From Microcystis aeruginosa NIES-2549 (GTDB lineage Bacteria > Cyanobacteriota > Cyanobacteriia > Cyanobacteriales > Microcystaceae), in the NCBI RefSeq assembly GCF_000981785.2, contig NZ_CP011304.1, positions 3,810,001-3,842,000 of the forward strand: a stretch of DNA of 32,000 nucleotides. Reading direction: 5' to 3'. The first letter of the stretch is position 1; each line of letters opens with the position of its first letter. Under the pieces are notes generated by a model, which saw nothing but the letters and a program-made list of their open reading frames with translations, did no database searches and was not told where the DNA came from. Below, one piece after another: positions 1 through 7,819 of this stretch. Both the position numbers and the translations under genes were made by a program.

Positions 1-1182
1 CTATTTAAGCAATTATTAATGGTGTCGGGAATGGATCGCTACTATCAAATCGCCCGCTGTTTCCGCGATGAAGATCTGCGCGCTGATCGTCAACCGGAAT
101 TTACTCAGTTGGATATGGAGATGAGTTTTCTCTCCTTAAGCGAAATTTTAGCCCTAAATGAGGCTTTGATCGCTCATATCTTCAAAAAAGTCAAAAATAT
201 CGATATAAGCCTGCCCCTGCCCCGTTTAACATATTCTGAGGCTATGGATCGCTATGGGGTCGATCGCCCCGATACCCGTTTTGGCTTAGAATTGGTCAAT
301 GTGGCGGAGATTTTTGCCGATTCGGGATTTAAGGTGTTTTCAGGTGCGATCGCTAGTGGTGGGACGGTGAAAGTTTTACCGATTCCCAACGGTAACGAGG
401 CGATTTCTAACGTCAGAATCAAACCGGGTGGGGATTTATTCAAAGAAGCCACCGATGCGGGGGCGAAGGGAATTGCCTACATCCGCGTGCGCGAGGACTA
501 CGATTTTGATACCATCGGTGCGATTAAAGATAACCTAACAGAGGCACAAAAACAGGCTTTAATCGAGAAGACTGGCGCAAAACCGGGGCATCTGCTCTTA
601 TTTGGGGCGGGAGATACCGATACAGTCAATAAATCCCTATCCCGCCTACGCTTAGTTTTAGGGGAACAATTGGGATTAATTGATCCCGAGAAAATCAACC
701 TCCTCTGGGTGACGGATTTCCCGATGTTTGAATACAACGCCGAGGAAAAACGCCTAGAAGCATTGCATCATCCCTTTACTGCCCCTAATCCCGAAGATTT
801 AGACGATCTAGCCCAGGCTCGCGCCCTAGCCTACGATATGATTTTTAATGGTATTGAAATCGGTGGCGGCAGTTTGCGGATCTATCAACGGGAAGTACAG
901 GAAAAAGTCTTCGCTACCATCGGTCTATCCCCAGAGGAAGCCTATAATAAATTCGGCTTTTTGTTAGAAGCTTTTGAATACGGAACCCCTCCCCACGGTG
1001 GCATCGCCTACGGTTTAGATCGCTTGGTGATGTTGTTAGCGGGAGAAGAGTCAATTCGCGATGTGATTGCTTTCCCGAAAACCCAGCAAGCTAGTTGTTT
1101 ACTCACTTCTGCACCTTCAACAGTGGCAGCGAAGCAATTAAAGGAATTATCCGTTGCTTCTACCTACAAACCGCCATCCTAA
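1..1182 (+). CDS. aspS: aspartate--tRNA ligase, C-terminal ~393 codons (5' end lies outside window)
   Basis: Frame 1 is open from base 1. Translation carries class II aaRS motifs ([37 protein letters not shown]; [11 protein letters not shown]; [17 protein letters not shown]). Stop TAA at 1180-1182. Confidence 0.95.
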   Translation, partial: LFKQLLMVSGMDRYYQIARCFRDEDLRADRQPEFTQLDMEMSFLSLSEILALNEALIAHIFKKVKNIDISLPLPRLTYSEAMDRYGVDRPDTRFGLELVNVAEIFADSGFKVFSGAIASGGTVKVLPIPNGNEAISNVRIKPGGDLFKEATDAGAKGIAYIRVREDYDFDTIGAIKDNLTEAQKQALIEKTGAKPGHLLLFGAGDTDTVNKSLSRLRLVLGEQLGLIDPEKINLLWVTDFPMFEYNAEEKRLEALHHPFTAPNPEDLDDLAQARALAYDMIFNGIEIGGGSLRIYQREVQEKVFATIGLSPEEAYNKFGFLLEAFEYGTPPHGGIAYGLDRLVMLLAGEESIRDVIAFPKTQQASCLLTSAPSTVAAKQLKELSVASTYKPPS

Positions 1183-1185
1183 GAT

Positions 1186-1214
1186 TAGGGTGGGCATTGC
1201 CCACCTAATTTTTG
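1186..1214 (+). terminator. Rho-independent terminator candidate after aspS
   Basis: GGTGGGCA-T-TGCCCACC hairpin directly after the aspS stop, followed by TAATTTTT. Confidence 0.6.
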
Positions 1215-1221
1215 CAAGTCT

Positions 1222-1321
1222 GTTGACACCATGCTCTTAAATTCTTTTCTGCCCTGACTTCATCCTCTTTAGCAGTGGCTAAAAATTCCTAGAGTTTAGT
1301 TTTGGGAACTAGGGGAAAAGT
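1222..1321 (-). pseudogene. 3'-terminal fragment of a Uma2-family nuclease gene (third, decayed copy)
   Basis: About 93 nt near-identical to 3281-3373 and 3942-4034 (the last ~30 codons of the two intact Uma2 genes). In the homologous frame TAT (Tyr) has become TAG. No homology to the rest of the gene continues upstream. Confidence 0.8.
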
Positions 1322-1405
1322 GCAGGGTAAGCGCATCTTAACAATCCTTGACAATTGTTAAGCAAAAATCGACCAAATGGGTCGAGTTCGCCCCTACAAA
1401 ATCGA

Positions 1406-1421
1406 CCCGCCTAAGGGCGGG
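1406..1421 (-). terminator. hairpin downstream of the TIR-FGE gene
   Basis: CCCGCC-TAAG-GGCGGG. On the minus strand it is followed by TCGATTTTGT. It lies 60 nt past the stop at 1481-1483. Confidence 0.45.
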
Positions 1422-1480
1422 AAAGAAAAGAAAAAAGAAAAAATAGGGAATGAGGGTAAAAGGGGAAAAAGGCAAAAGGG

Positions 1481-2908
1481 TTAGAGAGTTCTCCCGAAAA
1501 CGCAGACTACCCGAAAACCGTAATTGTTGATGCGGTTGACGCGGCGGAAGTAGTAGTCGTAGCGAATCGCGGAACGGCAGTAAGTAGGATTGTAGCCCCA
1601 GGAACCGCCCCGCAGAGGAGAACGATTATTATTACCATTTTCTATCCAGACACTGCCATCCGTCGGCGCACCGTCATAGTTATCGTGCCAAGTATCGGCG
1701 CACCACTCCCGGACATTGCCGTGCATATCGTACAGTCCAAAGGCGTTTGGGGGAAATTGTCCCACGGGAGTTGTTTGTTGTCGATATTCTCCGTTCGGTT
1801 CATCGGCGTAGGTATTACTGGCATTGTAGTTAGCCAATTCCCCCGTAATGGTTTCCCCAAAGTAAAACGGGGTGGTGGTTCCAGCACGACAGGCGTACTC
1901 CCATTCCGCCTCACTGGGAAGTCGGTATTCCCCTCCCGTTAGTTTAGATAATCTCGCGCAGAACTCGACGGCATCGTACCAGTTGACTTGTTCCACGGGT
2001 CTATCCCAGTGCGTGGGCGATCCCCCCCTAGCCCCCCCTTCAAAAGGGGGGGAATCGGAAGCCCCCCTTTTTAAGGGGGGTTTGGGGGGATCTTTAAAAT
2101 AGGCTGGGTTGAAATCAAGGTCTTGTTTAACTTTTAAATCCGTGCGAGAGGCGATCGCTTTCCACTGGGCCTGGGTGATGGGGTATTTACCCATAAAGAA
2201 GGGTGGGACAGTTACTTCATGTTGTGGTCTTTCCCTTCTAAATCCTTCCCAATTAAATTTTTTAACCAGTCTTTCGATTTCCTCATCTTCTGTTCCCATC
2301 AGGAAAGTTCCCCCCGGAATGGCGACCATTTCTAAGGTGATGCCTTTGCCCAGATCTTCCCTGAAATATTGGGACTGTTTCGACTCTTTTCTAATTTGCT
2401 CACCCTTCGCATTTACTCCCACCACCTCAAAGTTAAATACTGATAACAGTTGTTTTGGCTCTTCCGGTTCAAGCTTGAACTGATAGCCAATTGCTCTTTC
2501 TAGTTGCTCAAATCCGTCTTCTTCCCAATAATCAAGCCAGTGAATATCTCGCAGATTCAAGCTAACTTCTGCAAGTCGCAGATCAGGAATTTCGCATTCT
2601 TCTAACCTCATGGGAATAACAAAAATTGTCCCCGGTAGCATCTGTGCCAAGGTATCAAGTGCAATCCTCAACTCCCGTTGGATGTATCCCTGTTTATTAG
2701 CCGATTTCGCTGACAGACAGGCGAGAAAAATCTGACTAGCTTTAATCGCTTTCGGAATTTCATCTCGCCAAATTTGCCCCGGAATCAGGTCTTTTTTATC
2801 CAACCAAGGTTTATATCCCGCTTGCTTAAGGCGCTCATGCAGTGCCAAAACTGCTGGTTTGTCCTCACTGGCATGGGCCAAGAAAATTTGGATCTCTGAC
2901 TTTTTCAT
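1481..2908 (-). CDS. TIR domain / formylglycine-generating-enzyme-like (SUMF1/FGE-sulfatase) domain fusion protein
   Basis: 475-aa ORF with ATG start. The N-terminal ~140 aa is TIR-like (IFLAHASEDKPAVLALHERLKQAGYKPWLDKKDLIPGQIWRDEIPKAIKASQIFLACLS). The C-terminal ~290 aa has FGE-domain hallmarks (MVAIPGGTFLMG, RPQHEVTVPPFFMGKYPITQAQW, PVEQVNWYDAVEFCARLS, YRLPSEAEWEYACRAG, PNAFGLYDMHGNVREW, RGGSW, GFRVV). Confidence 0.85.
   Translation of the reverse strand: MKKSEIQIFLAHASEDKPAVLALHERLKQAGYKPWLDKKDLIPGQIWRDEIPKAIKASQIFLACLSAKSANKQGYIQRELRIALDTLAQMLPGTIFVIPMRLEECEIPDLRLAEVSLNLRDIHWLDYWEEDGFEQLERAIGYQFKLEPEEPKQLLSVFNFEVVGVNAKGEQIRKESKQSQYFREDLGKGITLEMVAIPGGTFLMGTEDEEIERLVKKFNWEGFRRERPQHEVTVPPFFMGKYPITQAQWKAIASRTDLKVKQDLDFNPAYFKDPPKPPLKRGASDSPPFEGGARGGSPTHWDRPVEQVNWYDAVEFCARLSKLTGGEYRLPSEAEWEYACRAGTTTPFYFGETITGELANYNASNTYADEPNGEYRQQTTPVGQFPPNAFGLYDMHGNVREWCADTWHDNYDGAPTDGSVWIENGNNNRSPLRGGSWGYNPTYCRSAIRYDYYFRRVNRINNYGFRVVCVFGRTL
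2019..2092. repeat. nested palindromic G/C-run mini-element (MITE/SDR-like) inside the FGE-domain coding region
   Basis: GATCCCCCCC ... [C7-TTCAAAA-G7] ... [C6-TTTTTAA-G6] ... GGGGGGATC. Outer inverted repeat at 2019-2028 / 2084-2092; two internal hairpins at 2032-2052 and 2062-2080. It translates in frame as PPKPPLKRGASDSPPFEGGARGGS. Confidence 0.8.
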
Positions 2909-3003
2909 AACTTTTTCTTATGACCACAAGTAGGGGAGAGCCAGATTAACTGGCAGAAAATCTCTAAATAAACCATTTAATTGATTATTACTCATTCTTA
3001 ATT

Positions 3004-3024
3004 CTCCTGACTCCTGACTCCTGA
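3004..3024. repeat. heptamer tandem repeat (CTCCTGA)x3, STRR-like
   Basis: Three perfect tandem CTCCTGA units in the intergenic region upstream of the TIR-FGE gene. Confidence 0.9.
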
Positions 3025-3227
3025 CGACCGGCTCCTAACCCCTAAACCCACCAACAAACTTTTTCAGCAAACCCTAGTTAATTATTTTGGCTCTACCGAA
3101 CCTGTCATGTAAAACTATCAACAACTCGTGCTTGTAAAGCTTGTATACTAAGGCTTTGAGTTTTTGTTAGATTGATATTTATCAACTTTAGAGCATTGCT
3201 TGGCAGAGAGGGAGCTTGAGGAATTTT

Positions 3228-3905
3228 CTACAGTGTAAGTTCGGAAGAACCATTATTTTTAGCTAGTTGACTAACAACCCATGCTCTTAAATTCTTTTCT
3301 GCCCTCACTTCATCCTCTTTAGCAGTGGCTAAAAATTCATAGAGTTTAGTTTTCGGAACTAGGGGAAAAGTAGGACTAAATTCTTCTTCCTGATAAACTC
3401 CCTTTTCTAACCGATAAATGCGCCAGATTTCTCCATTAAAACGCCATAATTCCGGCACTCCCAAACGGGCATAAAGTGCTAATTTATTAATATCCGTGTG
3501 GGTAATATCCACTTCCACCACTAAATCTGGGGGCGGATCTTCAGTTAAATTAATTGTTTTTCCTAGCACTTTGGCTTGATTTTGAATATAGTAAGCATTG
3601 TCGGGTTCTGCCCCTCGTTCTAAATCTTCCCTAGCTAGAGTTGTGGAACCCATACTTTTAATTTTTAAACCCAATTCTACCACCAAAATCCGAATAAATA
3701 ATCCGATTAATTCTCGATAAAACTCGTGTTCTTCTAGGGGCATAGTAATTTCTAAAGTGCCACGATCATAAAATAAATGGGCGCGATTATTTTCCCCTAG
3801 GGCTTGTAAAATTTGCCGATAGGATAACCAACTGAGATGATTAAAAACTACCCGTTTTTCGCCCCTAATTTGCTCAGTATTTAACTCCAGAGGAACTGTC
3901 ACCAT
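3228..3905 (-). CDS. Uma2 family (DUF820) PD-(D/E)XK endonuclease-like protein, tandem copy 1
   Basis: 225-aa ORF with typical Uma2 layout (LSWLSYRQIL, RAHLFYDRGTLEITMP, EPDNAYYI, PPDLVVEVDITHTD, LYARLGVPELWRF). GAGG sits 5 nt before the ATG. Confidence 0.85.
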   Translation of the reverse strand: MVTVPLELNTEQIRGEKRVVFNHLSWLSYRQILQALGENNRAHLFYDRGTLEITMPLEEHEFYRELIGLFIRILVVELGLKIKSMGSTTLAREDLERGAEPDNAYYIQNQAKVLGKTINLTEDPPPDLVVEVDITHTDINKLALYARLGVPELWRFNGEIWRIYRLEKGVYQEEEFSPTFPLVPKTKLYEFLATAKEDEVRAEKNLRAWVVSQLAKNNGSSELTL

Positions 3906-3912
3906 AATTACC

Positions 3913-4566
3913 TCAACTTTCAGCTAGTTGACTAACAACCCATGCTCTTAAATTCTTTTCTGCCCTCACTTCATCCTCTTTAGCAGTGGCTAAAAATTCA
4001 TAGAGTTTAGTTTTCGGAACTAGGGGAAAAGTAGGACTAAATTCTTCTTCCTGATAACCTTCCTTTTCTAACCGATAAATGCGCCAGATTTCTCCATTAA
4101 AACGCCATAATTCCGGCACTCCCAAACGGGCATAAAGTGCTAATTTATTAATATCCGTGTGGGTAATATCCACTTCCACCACTAAATCTGGGGGCGGATC
4201 TTCAGTTAAATTAATTGTTTTTCCTAGCACTTTGGCTTGATTTTGAATATAGTAAGCATTATCGGGTTCTGCCCCCCGTTCTAAATCTTCCCTAGCTAGA
4301 GTTGTGGAACCCATACTTTTAATTTTTAAACCCAATTCGGACACCAAAAAATAGATAAAACGTCCAATTAATTCTCGATAAAACTCGTGTTCTTCTAGGG
4401 GCATAGTAATTTCTAAAGTGCCACGATCATAAAATAAATGGGCGCGATTATTTTCCCCTAGGGCCTGTAAAATTTGCCGATAGGATAACCAACTGAGATG
4501 ATTAAAAACTACCCGTTTTTCGCCCCTAATTTGCTCAGTATTTAACTCCAGAGGAACTGTCACCAT
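3913..4566 (-). CDS. Uma2 family (DUF820) PD-(D/E)XK endonuclease-like protein, tandem copy 2
   Basis: 217-aa ORF near-identical to 3228-3905, offset by 661 bp. Differs in a 28-nt patch and in the C-terminal tail. Confidence 0.85.
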   Translation of the reverse strand: MVTVPLELNTEQIRGEKRVVFNHLSWLSYRQILQALGENNRAHLFYDRGTLEITMPLEEHEFYRELIGRFIYFLVSELGLKIKSMGSTTLAREDLERGAEPDNAYYIQNQAKVLGKTINLTEDPPPDLVVEVDITHTDINKLALYARLGVPELWRFNGEIWRIYRLEKEGYQEEEFSPTFPLVPKTKLYEFLATAKEDEVRAEKNLRAWVVSQLAES

Positions 4567-4630
4567 AACTGCCCCGAAAAGCGAAATTTATGTCCAAAAA
4601 AGGGGGTTGATTCACCCCCTTATTATCTTA

Positions 4631-5686
4631 TCAAACCAATGCCGGAACCTGGGGCCAACGCCCGATCGTCTTACCAATGACCGCTAACTCCCGCGTTAAC
4701 TGGTCGAACCTGTCGGGAGTCAAGGATTGCGGCCCATCGGATAGGGCCTTGGCTGGGTTAGGATGTACTTCGATCATCAAGGAATCGGCCCCAGCTGCCA
4801 GGGAAGCCATGGCCATAGTCGGTACATATTCCCATTTACCCGTACCGTGGCTAGGATCGATCATGATCGGCAGGTGGGTTAAAGTTCTTAAAACGGGAAT
4901 ACAGGATAAATCTAGGGTATTACGAGTATATTTACTGTCAAAGGTGCGGATACCGCGTTCGCAGAGAATAACATTGCTATTTCCTGCCGCGAGGATATAT
5001 TCTGCCGCCATCAACCAATCTTCAATAGTGGCCGCCATGCCGCGCTTGAGTAGGACTGGTTTCGGTTGCGCCCCAACTTTTTTCAGGAGGGAAAAATTCT
5101 GCATATTGCGGGCCCCCACCTGCACCACGTCGGCTATTTCGACAATCTTATCGAGATCCGCCGCGTCCATTACTTCCGTGATAATACCCAGACCACTGGC
5201 ATCTCTAGCCGCCGCTAGTAATTCCAAAGCGCTTTCCCCGTGACCTTGGAAAGCGTATGGAGAAGTGCGGGGTTTATAGGCACCACCGCGGAGGAATTGC
5301 GCTCCGGCTGCCGCCACTCGTTTGGCAGTTTCCACGATCATCGCCTCATTTTCCACCGAACAGGGGCCGGCGACAATGCTAACGGTATGATTTCTGCCGA
5401 TGGGGATAACACCGTTAGGAGTGGGGACTAAAACCTCGCTGTATTCCCCGTGACGGTATTCTAAAGAGGCGCGTTTGAAGGGTTGTTCGACTCGCAGGAC
5501 GGTTTCGATCCAAGGGCTTAGTTCTTGGATTTGTAGGGGGTCTAATTCCCTGGTTTCTCCGACTAAACCGATGACAACTTTATGCTTACCGACGATTTTT
5601 TCAGGACTTAATCCCCATGCCTCGAATTCGGCACTGACGCGCTCGATTTCAATTTCCGGGGAACCAACTTTCATGACAATAATCAT
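4631..5686 (-). CDS. aroF: 3-deoxy-7-phosphoheptulonate (DAHP) synthase, type I-beta with N-terminal regulatory domain
   Basis: 351-aa ORF with motifs IAGPCSVE, LRGGAYKPRTSPY.FQG, KRG, DPSH.TG typical of the KDO8PS/DAHPS I-beta family. N-terminal ~70-aa extension (MIIVMKVGS...). Confidence 0.9.
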   Translation of the reverse strand: MIIVMKVGSPEIEIERVSAEFEAWGLSPEKIVGKHKVVIGLVGETRELDPLQIQELSPWIETVLRVEQPFKRASLEYRHGEYSEVLVPTPNGVIPIGRNHTVSIVAGPCSVENEAMIVETAKRVAAAGAQFLRGGAYKPRTSPYAFQGHGESALELLAAARDASGLGIITEVMDAADLDKIVEIADVVQVGARNMQNFSLLKKVGAQPKPVLLKRGMAATIEDWLMAAEYILAAGNSNVILCERGIRTFDSKYTRNTLDLSCIPVLRTLTHLPIMIDPSHGTGKWEYVPTMAMASLAAGADSLMIEVHPNPAKALSDGPQSLTPDRFDQLTRELAVIGKTIGRWPQVPALV

Positions 5687-5744
5687 GGCATTAACCCTTT
5701 ATTTTTTTCTTTAATCTCTATTGTTGACGATTTCTAGAGGTTAT

Positions 5745-6209
5745 CTATTTTTCTTCCACTTCTTTTTTGCCGGACCGCCAAGCGGCGATCGTTCTGCCAA
5801 AATTAGCTTGAAATTCTTGCCATCCTAGCCAATCCCCCACCCGATCCTCGTCCCAAGAAGCGGAGAAGATGCCATAACTCAGACCGATAAAACCGAGACC
5901 AAATAGGCTTAAACTGACGAGCATGGCGACGTAGGAAGGGATTTCGAGAAGATCGTGGCTAATAATCCAGTAGAAGCCAAAAAAGGAAGTTATCCCCAAT
6001 GCCGTCGGAATGCCACAAAATGCCGCCATGCGTTTGGCCATCCGTTGACTGACCACTTGGGGAATTGCCTTTAAGCTGGCTTCCTCGGAGCGATTTTTTA
6101 GCGGCGGTGGCACGGGACTAGGGGCAATTTTCGGGGTTTTTCGCTTATTTTGGCGCGGCTCAAAGGGGAGACGTTCTTTTTTCTCCGTCGATTTCGATTC
6201 AGAGGCCAT
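5745..6209 (-). CDS. PAM68-like (DUF3464) membrane protein
   Basis: 154-aa ORF. Basic N-terminus (ERLPFEPRQNKRK), SQRMAKRMAAFCGIPTALGI, then two hydrophobic helices. The assignment rests on remembered family features. Confidence 0.55.
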   Translation of the reverse strand: MASESKSTEKKERLPFEPRQNKRKTPKIAPSPVPPPLKNRSEEASLKAIPQVVSQRMAKRMAAFCGIPTALGITSFFGFYWIISHDLLEIPSYVAMLVSLSLFGLGFIGLSYGIFSASWDEDRVGDWLGWQEFQANFGRTIAAWRSGKKEVEEK

Positions 6210-6233
6210 GGTAGGGATGCAAAGGGGGTAAGC

Positions 6234-6503
6234 TTAACGGCGAATTCCGAGACGAGCGATCAGGGTTTGATAGCGTTGTTGATCTTTCTTCTGGATATAG
6301 GTTAACAGTCCCCGACGACGACCGATCATCTGGAGTAATCCCCGGCGGGAAGCGTGGTCTTTCGGGTTAGCTTTCAGGTGTTCGGTCAGTTGGTTGATTC
6401 TCTCGGTTAAGAAAGCTACCTGTAACTCCGATGATCCTGTATCGGTTTCGTGGGCCTGATATTGGCTGATTAGTTCTTGTTTTTTGGTCTGGGTTAAGGC
6501 CAT
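6234..6503 (-). CDS. rpsO: 30S ribosomal protein S15
   Basis: 89-aa ORF: [70 protein letters not shown] is canonical S15. Confidence 0.97.
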   Translation of the reverse strand: MALTQTKKQELISQYQAHETDTGSSELQVAFLTERINQLTEHLKANPKDHASRRGLLQMIGRRRGLLTYIQKKDQQRYQTLIARLGIRR

Positions 6504-6601
6504 AGGACTCGTGATCTCTGCTTAAACACTGCAATCTATCATAGTATCATGTTTCTGGTCGATCCGTAAACATTGTTCGGGTGATAGGGTGATGAGACAG
6601 C

Positions 6602-6642
6602 TTCCCAATCTCCCCAATTCCCCATTTCCCCAATTCCCCATT
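6602..6642. repeat. octamer tandem repeat (TCCCCAAT/TCCCCATT, ~5 units)
   Basis: ttcccaat-c-tccccaat-tccccatt-tccccaat-tccccatt in the divergent rpsO/ndhM intergenic region. Confidence 0.9.
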
Positions 6643-6697
6643 GCCGCAAATCATGGCAAAATCTTAGACATAGCGTCTAACTTACCCTGAAGATTCC

Positions 6698-7027
6698 ATG
6701 CTGTTAAAATCCACGACCCGTCATATTCGCATTTATACGGCTGAAGTAAAAAATAATCAATTAATCGAGAGTAACAATGTCTTGACTCTTGATGTGGATC
6801 CCGATAATGAATTTAATTGGGAAGAAGTGGCTCTCAATAAGGTTTATAGTAAGTTTGATGAATTGGTAGAGTCCTACAATGGGGAAGAACTGAGCGAATA
6901 TAATCTCCGTCGCATCGGTTCAGATCTAGAACATTTTATCCGTTCTCTCCTGCAAAAAGGGGAAATTAGCTATAATCTCAATGCCAGAGTGCAGAACTAT
7001 AGTATGGGTTTACCGAAATTAGGGTGA
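6698..7027 (+). CDS. ndhM: NAD(P)H-quinone oxidoreductase (NDH-1) subunit M
   Basis: 109-aa ORF: MLLKSTTRHIRIY..., LTLDVDPDNEFNWEE and YNLRRIGSDLEHFIRSLLQKGEISYNLN match cyanobacterial NdhM. Confidence 0.93.
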   Translation: MLLKSTTRHIRIYTAEVKNNQLIESNNVLTLDVDPDNEFNWEEVALNKVYSKFDELVESYNGEELSEYNLRRIGSDLEHFIRSLLQKGEISYNLNARVQNYSMGLPKLG

Positions 7028-7042
7028 ACGATCCCGCGTCAG

Positions 7043-7072
7043 TCCCCACCCGGACTCCTAGGCAGGTGGGGA
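7043..7072 (+). terminator. hairpin after ndhM
   Basis: TCCCCACC-N14-GGTGGGGA, 16 nt after the ndhM stop. No strong T-tract follows. Confidence 0.4.
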
Positions 7073-7128
7073 AATTGTATCGCGGCAATCAGGAGTTTCA
7101 CGAATTGGGGTGAGGGAACAATTGCCTG

Positions 7129-7293
7129 TCACTCTTGTGGTTTTGGTAGTCGCTTAATGTATTCTCGTAAAATTTGAGCCATACTAACATCTTGAGATTT
7201 CTTGCATAAATCAAAAATTTTTCGGCGTTGCTGATTTGAGATAGTAATCTTCTTTGAAGCAGGGTCACTTCGCAACGAATAGACCGCTTGCAA
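7129..7293 (-). CDS. possible ribbon-helix-helix (CopG/antitoxin-like) small ORF, TTG start, or a gene remnant
   Basis: A different frame from the listed 7098-7316 ORF reads ...SKKITISNQQRRKIFDLCKKSQDVSMAQILREYIKRLPKPQE*. This is a beta-strand / helix / helix pattern typical of RHH proteins. No ATG start, only TTG at 7291-7293, and no partner toxin gene. Confidence 0.3.
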   Translation of the reverse strand: MQAVYSLRSDPASKKITISNQQRRKIFDLCKKSQDVSMAQILREYIKRLPKPQE

Positions 7294-7819
7294 AAGTAAT
7301 CAAGACAACAATTCAAAAGTAAACCGCATCAACCTAGAAATTAGACGAAGAAAGGCTCATTAGGTACTATCTGATAATTCTGACAAGGAATCAGACTGTA
7401 AAATGAGACATAAAGATATTAGCGTACAAACTAGAGAAAATCTCTCACAACTTTCTCCCCTGCTTTCTCTGACAAAAAAATGCCAATTTCTGGAGAGACA
7501 TGAACGAGAATTAATTCTCGAAGGGTTTCTTCTGTTTCTCCTAAGTATTTAAATTATTTAAGTTGGGATTATTGATAGAGACATTTTCCTGATTTTAGAG
7601 ATAAATCTTTGATTATTTGTTGATTTTAAAATAACATTTTGGCTACCTTTTTATAGGAGTTTGATTTTTCGCCCTCCTTGATAAAAGAGAAGTACAAATA
7701 CTTAGAACTTAAGGAAGATGCTCTCTTTCTAGAGCTTGTGTTTATATTAAAGATACAGTTGAGCTATCAAATTTGTCTTCAACAAAAGTACATATTTTTT
7801 CACCATTGAGCCGCAAAAA

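Noticed and set aside
252-737. Minus-strand ORFs 252-452 and 498-737
   Set aside because: They lie entirely antisense within the well-supported aspS frame, with odd composition and no SD.
2015-2089. G-quadruplex reading of the G-runs in the mini-element
   Set aside because: The runs are paired with complementary C-runs at hairpin distance, so duplex hairpins explain them better. The loops between G-runs are long.
1642-2483. ORFs 1642-1914(-), 1685-1942(+), 1872-2102(+), 2109-2483(+)
   Set aside because: They are alternative-frame or antisense shadows of the 475-aa TIR-FGE gene. The 1872-2102 ORF is kept open only by the G/C-run element.
4677-5714. Plus-strand ORFs 4677-5243, 5240-5431, 5475-5714
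   Set aside because: They are antisense to the DAHP synthase gene and have Ser/Arg-rich shadow-ORF composition.
7098-7316. Listed 72-aa ORF
   Set aside because: It has Cys/Leu-rich nonsense composition. A different frame gives an RHH-like peptide (reported separately at low confidence).
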